A stretch of 64,000 nt of DNA from an uncultured Bacteroidota bacterium. Its GTDB lineage: Bacteria > Bacteroidota > Bacteroidia > Bacteroidales > WCHB1-69. Of the stretch, positions 34,941-45,212 are shown one piece after another. Every line of letters begins with the position of its first letter. Position 1 is the first letter of the stretch. Location: assembly GCA_902786595.1 (NCBI GenBank), contig CADADB010000001.1, forward strand, positions 3,172 through 67,171, given 5' to 3'. The notes beneath the pieces are model-generated. The model saw only the letters and a program-made list of their open reading frames with translations, was not told where the DNA came from and did not search any database. A program made the position numbers and the translations under genes.

Positions 34941-36137
34941 ATGAAAACATTACGACAAGAATTTTTAGCCCATATTGGTCAAACCTCGCCAGAGCCGCTC
35001 CTTATTGAAGTGGAACGTGCTGAGGGAGTGTACTTTTACACGCCCGAGGGCAAACGATATTATGATTTGGTTTCCGGTGTGTCTGTGAACAATGTCGGAC
35101 ACGCGAACCCGAAAGTGACGGCCGCCGTGCAACAGCAAGCGGCTGACTATATGCATATTATGGTCTATGGCGAGATGGTGGAGCGTCCGCAAGTGCAGTA
35201 TGCCACCCAGATTGCAAGCTTGTTACCGGATCCGTTGGATAGCGTCTATTTCGTCAATTCCGGCAGCGAGGCGGTGGAGGGCGCTTTGAAACTGGCCAAA
35301 CGATATACAGGACGACATAAAATGATGTCGATGCACTGTGCCTATCATGGCTCTAACCACGGTTCACTCAGCATGATGGCTTCTCCCGAGGGTGACACTT
35401 GGAAAGCCCCGTTCCAGCCCCTGCTTCCTGACGTGGAATACCTGTGGTTCAACAACTTCGACGACCTCAACCGCATAGACGACCAAACCGCCTGCGTGTT
35501 GGTAGAACCCGTACAGGGCGAAGCAGGCGTGATTCCTCCGAAAGACGGCTACCTCCAAGCTCTCCGTCAGCGTTGCAATGAAACCGGTACTATGCTGATA
35601 TTCGATGAGATACAGACGGGGATGGGACGCACCGGCGCCATGTTCGCCATGCAAAAATACGGGGTGACCCCCGACATCGTTTGCCTCGCGAAAGCTTTCG
35701 GTGGCGGAATGCCGCTTGGGGCTTTCATCTCCTCAAAAGAAATTATGGACTCCCTGCAAAGCAATCCCGTATTAGGCCATATCACTACCTTCGGAGGACA
35801 TCCTGTATGTTGTGCCGCCGGTCTTGCTGCTCTGAATTATATTATTGACAATCAACTTGTTAAAGATGTTGAAAGAAAAGGCAGACGTTATGAAGATGCG
35901 CTGAGGAACGCTCCGAATGTGCTGGAAATCCGCCGCAGCGGTCTGCTCATGGCCGTCGAGCTCGGCACCTCCGAAAAACTCTTCAAAATGATGGCGCTTT
36001 TCAGAGAAAACGGTATCATGAGCGACTGGTTCCTCTTCTGCGCCACCGCCTTCCGCATCTCCCCGCCACTGACCATTTCCGATGAGGAAATTGATGACTC
36101 TTGCCAGATAATTTTGCGTTGTTTAGAAAATATTTAG
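34941..36137 (+). CDS. Class III PLP-dependent aminotransferase (acetylornithine/omega-aminotransferase family)
   Basis: I trimmed the GTG start to the ATG at 34941, which follows a TATTTTTG box at 34917-34924. Motifs are EPVQGEAGV, DEIQTGMGRTG and the PLP lysine context LAKAFGGGMPLGAF. Confidence 0.8.
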   Translation: MKTLRQEFLAHIGQTSPEPLLIEVERAEGVYFYTPEGKRYYDLVSGVSVNNVGHANPKVTAAVQQQAADYMHIMVYGEMVERPQVQYATQIASLLPDPLDSVYFVNSGSEAVEGALKLAKRYTGRHKMMSMHCAYHGSNHGSLSMMASPEGDTWKAPFQPLLPDVEYLWFNNFDDLNRIDDQTACVLVEPVQGEAGVIPPKDGYLQALRQRCNETGTMLIFDEIQTGMGRTGAMFAMQKYGVTPDIVCLAKAFGGGMPLGAFISSKEIMDSLQSNPVLGHITTFGGHPVCCAAGLAALNYIIDNQLVKDVERKGRRYEDALRNAPNVLEIRRSGLLMAVELGTSEKLFKMMALFRENGIMSDWFLFCATAFRISPPLTISDEEIDDSCQIILRCLENI

Positions 36138-36188
36138 CTCTACCAAGCTCTTGCCCCTGTCGGGGCTGCTCAAGAAAATTTTTTATAT
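36138..36188 (+). repeat. 52-nt terminator-like dispersed repeat, copy 2
   Basis: CTCTACCAAGCTCTTGCCCCTGTCGGGGCTGCTCAAGAAAATTTTTTATATA, directly after the stop codon. Confidence 0.85.
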
Positions 36189-36228
36189 ATTTGACCCTTA
36201 ATTGCAAGCCGTAAATCGCAAATCGCAA

Positions 36229-38349
36229 ATGACTACTACAAACACTGACATCCTCCAAACTCCCATCGAATTCCTGAAAGGGGTGGGCGAGAAGCGCGGT
36301 GCTGTGCTCCGAAAGGAGTTCAACATCCAGACTTTTAATGACTTGCTCTACTATTTTCCCTACCGTCATATTGACAAATCACATGTCTATCATGTCAGCG
36401 ACATTGTGAACGACGGCGGCTATATCCTGCTGCGCGGCTCCATCCAAAATGTTCGGATTGTCGGGCAGATGCGAGCGCAGCGGTTGACTGCCATGTTCAC
36501 AGACGAGACGGGTTCTATCGAGTTGGTGTGGTTCAACGGCATCCGATGGGTGCAGGACGTGCTGAAGTCGCGCAAAGAGTTTGTTATCTTCGGCAAACCG
36601 ACACTTTTTAATGGACGGTGGAACATTACCCATCCGGAACTCATTGACCCGGCGCAACAACAGAACTCGCCCGTATCTTTGCGTTTCCAGCCACTATATA
36701 ACACTTCCGAGACCGCTAAGAAAAAGTCATTGGACTCCAAGGCGGTGGCCAAGTTGACCGCAAATCTGCTCGCTCAAGTAAAGGATATCATCCCAGAGAC
36801 AATGCCCAAGGAGATGGTGGAGGAGCTGCATCTGATGTCGCTTCGTGATGCCTTAGTCAACATCCATTATCCTGAAGACAATCAGAAACTGTCGCAGGCC
36901 ACGCTCCGGCTGAAATTCGACGAACTGTTTTTCACTCAACTTAAGCTGCTGAAACTCAAACTGATAAACACCAATCGTTTTGAAGGTTACCCGTTCAAAC
37001 AGGTCGGACATTATTTCAACACGTTTTATAAGGAGTGTCTGCCGTTTGACTTGACCAATGCGCAGAAACGGGTGCTTCGGGAAATTCGGGGCGATGTGGG
37101 CAGCGGTCACCAAATGAACCGGCTGTTGCAGGGCGACGTGGGTAGTGGAAAGACCATCATCGCGTTGTTCAGCATGCTGTTGGCCATAGATAACGGGTAT
37201 CAGGCCTGCATCATGGCTCCTACCGAAATTCTGGCCTCCCAGCATTACGAGAAAATCAGCAAACAGTTGGAACCCTTGAACTTACATGTGGAGTTCCTGT
37301 CGGGTTCCACTAAAACGGCCAAACGCAAGCAGATTCTGACGGATTTGCGGAACGGTGAGGTCAATATCCTTATTGGCACGCATGCTTTGATAGAGGACAA
37401 TGTGGTGTTCAGCAAGTTAGGACTTGTGGTGATTGATGAGCAGCACCGTTTTGGGGTGGAGCAACGGGCAAAGTTGTGGCGCAAGAGCGGAGCCGTCCCG
37501 CCGCACATTCTCGTGATGACGGCCACGCCCATCCCGCGCACACTCGCCATGACGCTCTATGGTGATTTGGATGTCTCCGTGATCGACGAGCTGCCGGCGG
37601 GGCGCAAACCCATTGTCACTAGCCATTTTTACGAAAAAGACCGCCTCAAAATGTTCGGTTTCCTGAAAAAACAGATTGCGGAAGGCCGGCAGGTTTATGT
37701 CGTGTATCCGTTGATTCAGGAGTCCGAGGCGCTGGATCTGTTGGACTTGCAGGCCGGTTACGAGGCGTTCGAACGCAGTTTCCCGCCGCCTGAATACAGC
37801 ATCGGGGTGGTGCATGGCAGGATGAAGGCCGAGGAAAAAGACTACACCATGAGCTGTTTCAAAAAGGGACAGATTCAGATTCTGCTCTCCACTACTGTCA
37901 TCGAGGTGGGCATCGATGTGCCGAATGCCACGGTGATGGTCATCGAGAACGCCGAACGGTTCGGGCTGTCGCAGCTGCACCAGTTGCGCGGACGTGTGGG
38001 GCGCGGCGGCAACCAGTCCTACTGTATCCTCATGTCCAAGTATGAACTCTCCACCGAGGGTCGCAAACGGCTGAATGCCATGGTGGAGACCAACGACGGC
38101 TTTGAAATCGCCAACTTCGACCTGCAGCTGCGCGGTCCCGGCGACCTGCAGGGCACGCGCCAGAGCGGCATGTTAGACTTCAAAATCGCCGACCTTACCA
38201 AAGACGAAAAACTGGTGGCCTACACTCGCAACTACGCCCAGCAGATTCTCGAAAAAGATCCGGATTTGACGCTCCCCGAACACAAACGCCTCGCCGAAAC
38301 GTTAAAGAAACAGATGCAACGCGATACCAACTGGAGTGTGATAAGTTGA
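36229..38349 (+). CDS. recG: ATP-dependent DNA helicase RecG
   Basis: I trimmed the TTG start to the ATG at 36229. Motifs are GDVGSGKT, DEQHRFG and QLHQLRGRVGRG, with a wedge-domain N-terminus. Confidence 0.9.
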   Translation: MTTTNTDILQTPIEFLKGVGEKRGAVLRKEFNIQTFNDLLYYFPYRHIDKSHVYHVSDIVNDGGYILLRGSIQNVRIVGQMRAQRLTAMFTDETGSIELVWFNGIRWVQDVLKSRKEFVIFGKPTLFNGRWNITHPELIDPAQQQNSPVSLRFQPLYNTSETAKKKSLDSKAVAKLTANLLAQVKDIIPETMPKEMVEELHLMSLRDALVNIHYPEDNQKLSQATLRLKFDELFFTQLKLLKLKLINTNRFEGYPFKQVGHYFNTFYKECLPFDLTNAQKRVLREIRGDVGSGHQMNRLLQGDVGSGKTIIALFSMLLAIDNGYQACIMAPTEILASQHYEKISKQLEPLNLHVEFLSGSTKTAKRKQILTDLRNGEVNILIGTHALIEDNVVFSKLGLVVIDEQHRFGVEQRAKLWRKSGAVPPHILVMTATPIPRTLAMTLYGDLDVSVIDELPAGRKPIVTSHFYEKDRLKMFGFLKKQIAEGRQVYVVYPLIQESEALDLLDLQAGYEAFERSFPPPEYSIGVVHGRMKAEEKDYTMSCFKKGQIQILLSTTVIEVGIDVPNATVMVIENAERFGLSQLHQLRGRVGRGGNQSYCILMSKYELSTEGRKRLNAMVETNDGFEIANFDLQLRGPGDLQGTRQSGMLDFKIADLTKDEKLVAYTRNYAQQILEKDPDLTLPEHKRLAETLKKQMQRDTNWSVIS

Positions 38350-38373
38350 CGTTAGACGTTAGACGTAAGACTT
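38348..38373. repeat. Heptamer STR GTTAGAC x3 at the recG stop codon
   Basis: tGACGTTAGACGTTAGACGTAAGACTT. It is related to the blocks at 11468-11494 and 11552-11580. Confidence 0.8.
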
Positions 38374-38404
38374 TGGGGGTATCCGTTATTCTATACCATA
38401 AAAC

Positions 38405-38432
38405 AAAAAAGGAGGTTTTTCACCTCCTTTTC
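38405..38432. terminator. Bidirectional intrinsic terminator (recG / rplT)
   Basis: AAAAAAGGAGGT-ttttc-ACCTCCTTTT. Confidence 0.8.
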
Positions 38433-38477
38433 GTATATAACAGACACAAATGAACTAAAAAATTGACGACGGGTGAT

Positions 38478-38822
38478 TTATTTCACTAAATCAACAATCG
38501 CTTTGAATGCCTCAGGATTATTCATCGCGAGGTCGGCGAGAGCTTTGCGGTTGAGCGCAACGTTCTTCTTGGCTAAATTGCCCATCAGGACAGAGTAAGA
38601 CATTCCATATTCACGGGCACCGGCGTTGATACGGGTGATCCACAGACTTCTGAAATTTCTCTTTTTCGCTTTTCTGTCGCGGTAGGCATATTGCTGGCCT
38701 TTCTCCCACGAGTTCACCGCTACGGTCCAGACGTTTTTGCGTTTTCCGAAATAACCGCGGGTGCGTTTTAAAATCTTTTTTCTTCTTGCTCTTGAAGCAA
38801 CATGATTAACTGATCTTGACAT
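38478..38822 (-). CDS. rplT: 50S ribosomal protein L20
   Basis: [25 protein letters not shown]... Confidence 0.95.
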   Translation of the reverse strand: MSRSVNHVASRARRKKILKRTRGYFGKRKNVWTVAVNSWEKGQQYAYRDRKAKKRNFRSLWITRINAGAREYGMSYSVLMGNLAKKNVALNRKALADLAMNNPEAFKAIVDLVK

Positions 38823-38907
38823 AATCTTTTTTCCTTTCCGTTTACGTCAGTGGCATAAAGCGCTTCGGGAACTGAGCGTAAACATTTTTTTTTGTTAATA
38901 AATTAAA

Positions 38908-39105
38908 TTAGCACTGTCCGAGCATTTGCTTAACGGTGCGGTCCAAATTTTGTTCGACAATAGCGCTGTAAGCCAAGTTACGTTTTCTCTTTTTGGTTTT
39001 TTTAGTGAGAATGTGGCTATGGTAAGCGTGATGTCTCTTGATTTTGCCGGTGCCGGTCAGAGTGAATCTTTTCTTGGCAGCGGACTTGGTTTTAATTTTC
39101 GGCAT
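38908..39105 (-). CDS. rpmI: 50S ribosomal protein L35
   Basis: [24 protein letters not shown]... Confidence 0.95.
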   Translation of the reverse strand: MPKIKTKSAAKKRFTLTGTGKIKRHHAYHSHILTKKTKKRKRNLAYSAIVEQNLDRTVKQMLGQC

Positions 39106-39149
39106 TTCTGTTTAATTTTTAAAGGTTTATATATAGTGTCCGTTATATA

Positions 39150-39713
39150 TTACTTTTTAGACTTCGGAACCATGAGAATGGTCATGTTGCGACCCGTAAG
39201 GACGGGCATCTGGTCAACTTTGCCATAATCTTGGAGGCGTTCGGCGAATTTGAGAAGTTCCAGCTCGCCGTTATCCTTGTAGATGATGCTGCGGCCGCGG
39301 AAGGTCATGATAATCTTCACTTTGTAGCCGTCTTGGAGGAAACGGATGGCGTGGTTGCACTTGAACTCCACGTCATGTTCGCTGATTTGCGGACTCAGGC
39401 GGATCTCCTTGATTTCCGTCTTGGCACTGTTCGCCTTGATTTCCTTCAGCTTTTTCTTTTGCTCGTAAAGGTACTTCTGGTAGTCCATCACCTTGCACAC
39501 GGGCGGGTTGGCCTGAGGGGAAATCTCCACCAAATCCATTCCGTGTTCGTCAGCAATTGCCAATGCTTCTCGCAATGAAACGATTTGGGGTTCAATGTTC
39601 TCTCCCACAATACGCACGACCTGGGCCGTGATGTAGTTGTTGATGCGATGCTGGGCTTCTTTCTTGTTTTTCGGGCCGAAACCTTTGTTCGGACGGTTGT
39701 TCTGGATGATCAA
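39150..39713 (-). CDS. infC: Translation initiation factor IF-3 (non-ATG start)
   Basis: RINNYITAQVVRIVGENIE...DLVEISPQANPPVCKVMDY. There is no in-frame ATG between the promoter box (39763-39770) and the conserved N-domain. The track uses TTG at 39713. Confidence 0.85.
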   Translation of the reverse strand: MIIQNNRPNKGFGPKNKKEAQHRINNYITAQVVRIVGENIEPQIVSLREALAIADEHGMDLVEISPQANPPVCKVMDYQKYLYEQKKKLKEIKANSAKTEIKEIRLSPQISEHDVEFKCNHAIRFLQDGYKVKIIMTFRGRSIIYKDNGELELLKFAERLQDYGKVDQMPVLTGRNMTILMVPKSKK

Positions 39714-39762
39714 ATTCTTTTCTTTTTTTGTGTAAAAACTTTATTTTTAATTTTTTGGGCGG

Positions 39763-39770
39763 CAAAAATA
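39763..39770 (-). promoter_or_regulatory. -7 promoter box TATTTTTG(CCGCC) for infC-rpmI-rplT
   Basis: The minus strand reads GTGTATTTTTGCCGCCC. Confidence 0.55.
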
Positions 39771-39841
39771 CACAATTTTTAATTGTATCATTCGTTTTGT
39801 CATTTTTTTTATTTTTGCAGCCTTATTAATATAATGTCTAA

Positions 39842-40708
39842 ATGAAGAAAATTATCATCGCTATATGGGTGGCTTGCATGGCTTTGCTGACGGTTCCCGT
39901 CGCGCCGGTGCAGGCACAGAATTCGGAAGTGGGCGCCTGCGTGGGCACCATGTTCTACCTTGGTGAATTAAACCCTTCCAAACTTTTTGCCCAACCTAAA
40001 CTGGCGGCCGGACTGGTCTATCGCTACAATATCTCCCCTCGTTGGGCGGTCAAAGCAGATTTCATGTTCGGCAAAGTGGCAGGCAGTGATATGCTGACTA
40101 ACAACGGCTATGAGCGCAACCTTAGCTTCACCTCCCCGATTACGGAATTCTCCGTGGTCGCTGAGCTGAACTTCCTTCAGCTATATACCTCTGTCGGGAA
40201 GAACCATTTTGCCCCTTATATTTTTGCAGGTGCGACGGTTTTCTCTTTCGACCCGATGGCGCAGTACAAGGACGGGACAGAATTCGAACTGCAGAGCTTG
40301 GGCACTGAGGGACAAGGTTTGGAAGGAATGCCCAAAAAATACTCTCTGACGCATTTCGCCATTCCTTTTGGCATAGGACTCCGGTTTAATATCGGAAGAT
40401 ATGTCAGTATTGGAGCCGAATGGAGCATGCGCTATACCTTCACCGACTATTTGGATGATGTGGGAGGCAAGTATTACGACAACGAGCTGTTGCGTGAACA
40501 ACGAGGAGACATTATAGCGGATATGGCCGACAGAACTCCCGAACTTGTTGGTCCTGAAGGAGAATCCCTTCCATTGCATCAAGCTGGCGAGCAACGGGGC
40601 AATCCTACGACGCACGACCTCTACTCTTTTGCCGGTGCCACCTTGACTGTAAAATTCGGAAATGCAGACCGAACCTGCGACTTGAAAAAGAAACGTAAGA
40701 AATACTAA
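39842..40708 (+). CDS. Outer-membrane beta-barrel protein (DUF6089-like), conserved upstream of uppS-bamA in Bacteroidota
   Basis: Signal peptide (APVQAQ) and beta-strand alternation. The family name is from memory. Confidence 0.55.
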   Translation: MKKIIIAIWVACMALLTVPVAPVQAQNSEVGACVGTMFYLGELNPSKLFAQPKLAAGLVYRYNISPRWAVKADFMFGKVAGSDMLTNNGYERNLSFTSPITEFSVVAELNFLQLYTSVGKNHFAPYIFAGATVFSFDPMAQYKDGTEFELQSLGTEGQGLEGMPKKYSLTHFAIPFGIGLRFNIGRYVSIGAEWSMRYTFTDYLDDVGGKYYDNELLREQRGDIIADMADRTPELVGPEGESLPLHQAGEQRGNPTTHDLYSFAGATLTVKFGNADRTCDLKKKRKKY

Positions 40709-41436
40709 TGAATATGGAAAAAGAAATCAAACACATAGCGATTATCATGGACGGAAACGGCCGTTGGGCTCAGCAACACGGCCACGAACGTATCTATGGG
40801 CATCTGAAAGGGGTGGATTCCGCCCGTGACGTGGTGAAGGGCGCAAACGCTCTCCAAATCCCATACCTGACCTTGTATGCTTTCTCAACAGAAAACTGGA
40901 ACCGCCCGACAGCAGAGGTCAATTATCTCTTTGAATTGATGGCGGAAACGTTTCTCAAGGAGATTGAGAACCTGATCAGAGACAACATCCGTGTTGTTTT
41001 CTCCGGCCGTATTGACACCCTTCCCGAAGCCACGAAGAAGGTTATCTTGGACACGATCGAAAAGTCCGCTCATTGCACCGGCACCACGGTGAATGTGGCC
41101 ATCAGTTACAGCGGTCGCGCGGAACTTGCCGACACGGCCAAACAAATCGCTCGCCAGGTCGCGGAAGGCAAACTCAATCCTGAGGAAATCGACGAGCAAA
41201 CCATCTCCCAAAATCTCTATCATCCGGAAATTCCTGACGTGGACTTGATGATCCGCACGGCCGGCGACCAGCGAATCAGCAATTTCCTGCTGTGGCAACT
41301 CGCATACGCGGAGCTGTTCTTCACCCCCGTCATGTGGCCCGATTTCCGCAGAGAACATCTGAAAGAAATCATCGAGCAGTTCTCTCATCGTGAACGTCGT
41401 TTCGGAAAAACTGGCGAACAAGTCCGCGCACATTGA
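40708..41436 (+). CDS. uppS: Undecaprenyl-diphosphate synthase (isoprenyl transferase)
   Basis: HIAIIMDGNGRWA and RTAGDQRISNFLLWQLAYAELFF. The start overlaps the upstream stop by 1 nt. Confidence 0.9.
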   Translation: MNMEKEIKHIAIIMDGNGRWAQQHGHERIYGHLKGVDSARDVVKGANALQIPYLTLYAFSTENWNRPTAEVNYLFELMAETFLKEIENLIRDNIRVVFSGRIDTLPEATKKVILDTIEKSAHCTGTTVNVAISYSGRAELADTAKQIARQVAEGKLNPEEIDEQTISQNLYHPEIPDVDLMIRTAGDQRISNFLLWQLAYAELFFTPVMWPDFRREHLKEIIEQFSHRERRFGKTGEQVRAH

Positions 41437-41472
41437 TATTTTCACTATCTTTGCCGACTTTTTTTGAGAAGG

Positions 41473-44085
41473 ATGCGTTTGATACGATATATAGTCTTGG
41501 TGCTGGTACTCTGTCTCGGCACTGCTGCTGCCCGTGCGCAAGTAGTGGTGGGGGGCGGTGAACCTGACGGTCCGGTGAAAATCGATTATTCATCTCCAAA
41601 AACGTACGAAATTGGCGGCATCACCTCCTCGGGAACTGCGCCCTTGGACCAAAGAATCCTGCCATTCCACGTCGGAGATGTGATCGAAGTTCCGGGCGAC
41701 AAGATTTCCAAGGCCGTCAAGAGCTTATGGAACACAGGTCTGTACGAGGATGTGGAAATTACGGCCACCCGCGTGCAGGGAAATCTCATTTTTCTGGATA
41801 TTCGCCTCGAAGACCGTTCCCGCTTGAGCGCTTTCGGCTTCAAAGGCACCACGAAAAGCGAGGAGACCGACCTCCGCGAAAAACTCAACATCTCCCAAGG
41901 CAATATCGTGAATGACAATATGATCATCACGTGCAAAAACATTATCCGCAAGTACTACATAGACAAAGGTTTCTTCAGCTGCGATGTCGATGTGCAGCAG
42001 ATTCCCAACGAAAAAATCAAGAATGCGGTCAATCTCCTTTTCGACATCCATAAATCCAAGAAGGTCAAGATTGACAAAATCACCATCAACGGCAACAAAG
42101 GGGTGACGGACGCTGTCCTGCTCCGCTCCATGAAGGAAACCAAGGAAAGACTGCGCTTTATGCCACTGTATAAAGCCGATACCGCCATCGCTTATCTTTT
42201 CAAACACAAGGGCTATTATCAATCCAAAGATATCAAAGACCATCTGGACGACTATTTCTCTGATCGCGTGAAGCTCAGAATCTTCAAACCTTCCAAATTT
42301 ATCAAGGAAAGTTATGAAAAGGACAAAGTGAACCTCATCAACCGCTACAATGAGCTTGGTTACCGTGATGCGGTGATCACTCATGACACTTTCTATGTCA
42401 AAAAGAACAATATGTACATCGATATAGATGTCAACGAAGGTTCACGGTACTACTTCCGGAATATCTCTTTCGTGGGCAACACCGTCTATCCGACCCCGTT
42501 GCTCAAGCAACTTCTGGGCATCAACAAAGGAGACGTCTATAACCAGAGCATTCTTACCAAAAACCTGACCATGAAAGAGGACGGCGAAGATATTGCCTCC
42601 CTGTACATGAACAACGGTTACCTCTTCTTTACTGCCAATCCTGTTGAGGTGGGCATTGATGGTGACTCCATTGATATTGAAATCCGCATCCGCGAGGGCA
42701 AAAAGGCCAAATACAACGAGATTACCATCACGGGCAATACCAAAACGAACGACAACGTGATTCTTCGAGAGCTTACCACTATCCCGGGACAGCTGTTCAA
42801 TCGTGCCGACATCATCCGTTCGCAGCAGGTGTTGATGGCGATGGGCTATTTCAACCAGGAGAAGATGGATGTGCAGCCCCGCCCGAACGAAGCCGACGGA
42901 ACTGTGGATATCAACTATGTCGTGGAGGAGACCACCTCCGACCAACTTTCCCTCTCCGCTGGATATGGTGCTACGGGCTTCATGCTGACTGCCGGCATTG
43001 CGTTCAACAACTTCTCCACCCGGAAACTCTTCAAGAAAGATGCCTGGACTCCTATTCCTGGTGGTGATGGCCAAAGAATTGCCCTTAACGCTTCTGTGAG
43101 TACTAAATTCTACCAATATTACAATTTCTCCTTTACCGAACCTTGGCTCGGCGGGAAAAAGCCCAACGCACTCACTGTCGGCGCGTACTACCAGAAGCAG
43201 ACCAACGGCTATAACAAAAAAGATGATGACAAGTATGCTTATACCAGCATTGCGGGCGCATCTGTCACGCTGTCCAACAAACTCAAATGGCCGGACGACT
43301 ATTTCCAGATGTCCCACACCTTGTCTTACGAATACTATAACGTGAAAAAATGGGGATCTTTCATCTTCCCCACTGGATATGCACACAGTTTAAGCTATGT
43401 CTTCACTATCTCCCGGAACTCCATCAATGCGCCCATCTATCCGCGTGAGGGTTCTGAGATCACCTTCTCCATGCAGCTGACCCCGCCGTATTCAGTCTTT
43501 TCGCATAAGGACTACAGCAATGCCACTGATCAGGAGAAATATAAACTTCTGGAATATCATAAATGGAAACTCAATGTGTCGTGGTTCACGCGAATTGTGG
43601 ACAATCTGGTGCTGAACGTGCGTATGAAAATGGGATTCATGGGATGCTATAACCAGTCTATCGGCATCTCCCCGTTTGGCCGATTCTACCTCGGTGGCGA
43701 CGGTATGAGCAATTTCTCTTACGACGGTCGCGAGATTATCGGAATGCGCGGTTATGAGGATGATGTCCTTTCACCCAATGTGAATGGCAGCGTCATAGGT
43801 GCTTCCATATATCATAAGTTCACCGCCGAGCTACGGTATCCCATCACGCTTAACCCGTCCGCAACGGTGTATGTGCTGGCTTTTGCCGAAGCAGGAAAGG
43901 GCTGGATTGACAAGCGCCAGTACAATCCGTTCCAGTTGCACAAGTCCGTAGGTGTGGGTGTGCGCGTCTATCTGCCGATGTTCGGATTGCTCGGCTTCGA
44001 CTATGGCTACGGCTTTGACCCGGTCCCCGGCATCTCCAGCTGGCGCAAACAATTCCATATTTCCATTAACCAATCTATTGATTAA
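41473..44085 (+). CDS. bamA: Outer membrane protein assembly factor BamA
   Basis: I trimmed the TTG start to the ATG at 41473 (MRLIRYIVLVLVLCLGTAAARAQ). POTRA repeats are followed by an Omp85 barrel. Confidence 0.9.
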   Translation: MRLIRYIVLVLVLCLGTAAARAQVVVGGGEPDGPVKIDYSSPKTYEIGGITSSGTAPLDQRILPFHVGDVIEVPGDKISKAVKSLWNTGLYEDVEITATRVQGNLIFLDIRLEDRSRLSAFGFKGTTKSEETDLREKLNISQGNIVNDNMIITCKNIIRKYYIDKGFFSCDVDVQQIPNEKIKNAVNLLFDIHKSKKVKIDKITINGNKGVTDAVLLRSMKETKERLRFMPLYKADTAIAYLFKHKGYYQSKDIKDHLDDYFSDRVKLRIFKPSKFIKESYEKDKVNLINRYNELGYRDAVITHDTFYVKKNNMYIDIDVNEGSRYYFRNISFVGNTVYPTPLLKQLLGINKGDVYNQSILTKNLTMKEDGEDIASLYMNNGYLFFTANPVEVGIDGDSIDIEIRIREGKKAKYNEITITGNTKTNDNVILRELTTIPGQLFNRADIIRSQQVLMAMGYFNQEKMDVQPRPNEADGTVDINYVVEETTSDQLSLSAGYGATGFMLTAGIAFNNFSTRKLFKKDAWTPIPGGDGQRIALNASVSTKFYQYYNFSFTEPWLGGKKPNALTVGAYYQKQTNGYNKKDDDKYAYTSIAGASVTLSNKLKWPDDYFQMSHTLSYEYYNVKKWGSFIFPTGYAHSLSYVFTISRNSINAPIYPREGSEITFSMQLTPPYSVFSHKDYSNATDQEKYKLLEYHKWKLNVSWFTRIVDNLVLNVRMKMGFMGCYNQSIGISPFGRFYLGGDGMSNFSYDGREIIGMRGYEDDVLSPNVNGSVIGASIYHKFTAELRYPITLNPSATVYVLAFAEAGKGWIDKRQYNPFQLHKSVGVGVRVYLPMFGLLGFDYGYGFDPVPGISSWRKQFHISINQSID

Positions 44086-44140
44086 ACTTATAGCATAAAG
44101 ATAGTCTTACCAATCGTTAACAATAAAACATTTATAAAAG

Positions 44141-44674
44141 ATGAAAAAACAACTCTTATTAACAGGTTTATTTACGCTGCTTATGTTTTTCGGATTCGCG
44201 CAGAAATATGCGTATATCAATTCCGAATACATTCTGTCCCAAATTCCTGAATACAAAGAAGCCCAAGCTGAATTAGACCGCGTTGCCGTGCAGTGGCAAA
44301 AGGAAATCGAGGCGAAATTCTCCACAATCGATTCCATGTACAAACGTTATCAGGTGGAGTCCATCACGTTGCCGGATCAGATCAAAAGAAGCCGTGAGGA
44401 AGCCATTATTGCACAAGAGAAAGCTGCCAAAGATCTGCAGAAAAAACGTTTCGGGCAGGACGGTGACTTGTTCAAGAAACGCGAGGAGTTGGTGAAACCC
44501 ATTCAAGATCGCGTGATTAATGCGGTGAACGACTATGCCAAAGAAAAAGGTTATGCTTTTGTTTTCGACACCGCCGGTGACTTGACCATCATTTACGCTG
44601 ACCCGAAATGGGATATCAATGAGGAGGTGCTTCAGAAAATGGGCATCTCTGTCAATAGAGATATGGATGATTAA
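44141..44674 (+). CDS. ompH: OmpH/Skp-family periplasmic chaperone, copy 1
   Basis: Signal peptide, a coiled-coil-rich middle, and the ...YAFVFD... C-terminal motif. Confidence 0.8.
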   Translation: MKKQLLLTGLFTLLMFFGFAQKYAYINSEYILSQIPEYKEAQAELDRVAVQWQKEIEAKFSTIDSMYKRYQVESITLPDQIKRSREEAIIAQEKAAKDLQKKRFGQDGDLFKKREELVKPIQDRVINAVNDYAKEKGYAFVFDTAGDLTIIYADPKWDINEEVLQKMGISVNRDMDD

Positions 44675-44706
44675 TAATAATTACGAACATAAAGAAAAAT
44701 AATTCG

Positions 44707-45204
44707 ATGAAAAAGATTGCTTTGATTTTGGCCGTGGTAGGCCTCTTTTCTGTCCAAGCCGCCCAGGCACAGAAGTACGGACATGTTAACTCGAGCGAAA
44801 TTCTGGAAGTGATGCCGGGCATTGACTCTCTGCAGATTAAGCTTCAGGCGTTCCAACAAGATTTACAGTCCATGTATGAAAACATGATGACGGAATATCA
44901 GACTAAAAAGGAGAAATTTGACCGTGAAGTCGGCACGATGTCTTCTGCTGTTCGTCAAGTGCGCGAAAAAGAACTGATGGATCTGGGTAACCGCATACAA
45001 GAATTTCAGGCCAGTGCACAGGAAGATCTTGAGGACAAGCAGTATGAATTGGCCAAGCCGTTTCAGGATGCTATCCAGGACGCTATTAATAAGGTGGCCA
45101 AAAACAATGGATATTCCTACATTTTTGATACCAAAACCCTGCTTTATTACGGCACGGCAGATGATATCACCCCGCTGGTTAAGAAAGAACTTGGCATTAA
45201 ATAG
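44707..45204 (+). CDS. ompH: OmpH/Skp-family periplasmic chaperone, copy 2
   Basis: QKYGHVNSSEIL... and ...GYSYIFD. Confidence 0.8.
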   Translation: MKKIALILAVVGLFSVQAAQAQKYGHVNSSEILEVMPGIDSLQIKLQAFQQDLQSMYENMMTEYQTKKEKFDREVGTMSSAVRQVREKELMDLGNRIQEFQASAQEDLEDKQYELAKPFQDAIQDAINKVAKNNGYSYIFDTKTLLYYGTADDITPLVKKELGIK

Positions 45205-45212
45205 TGACAATC

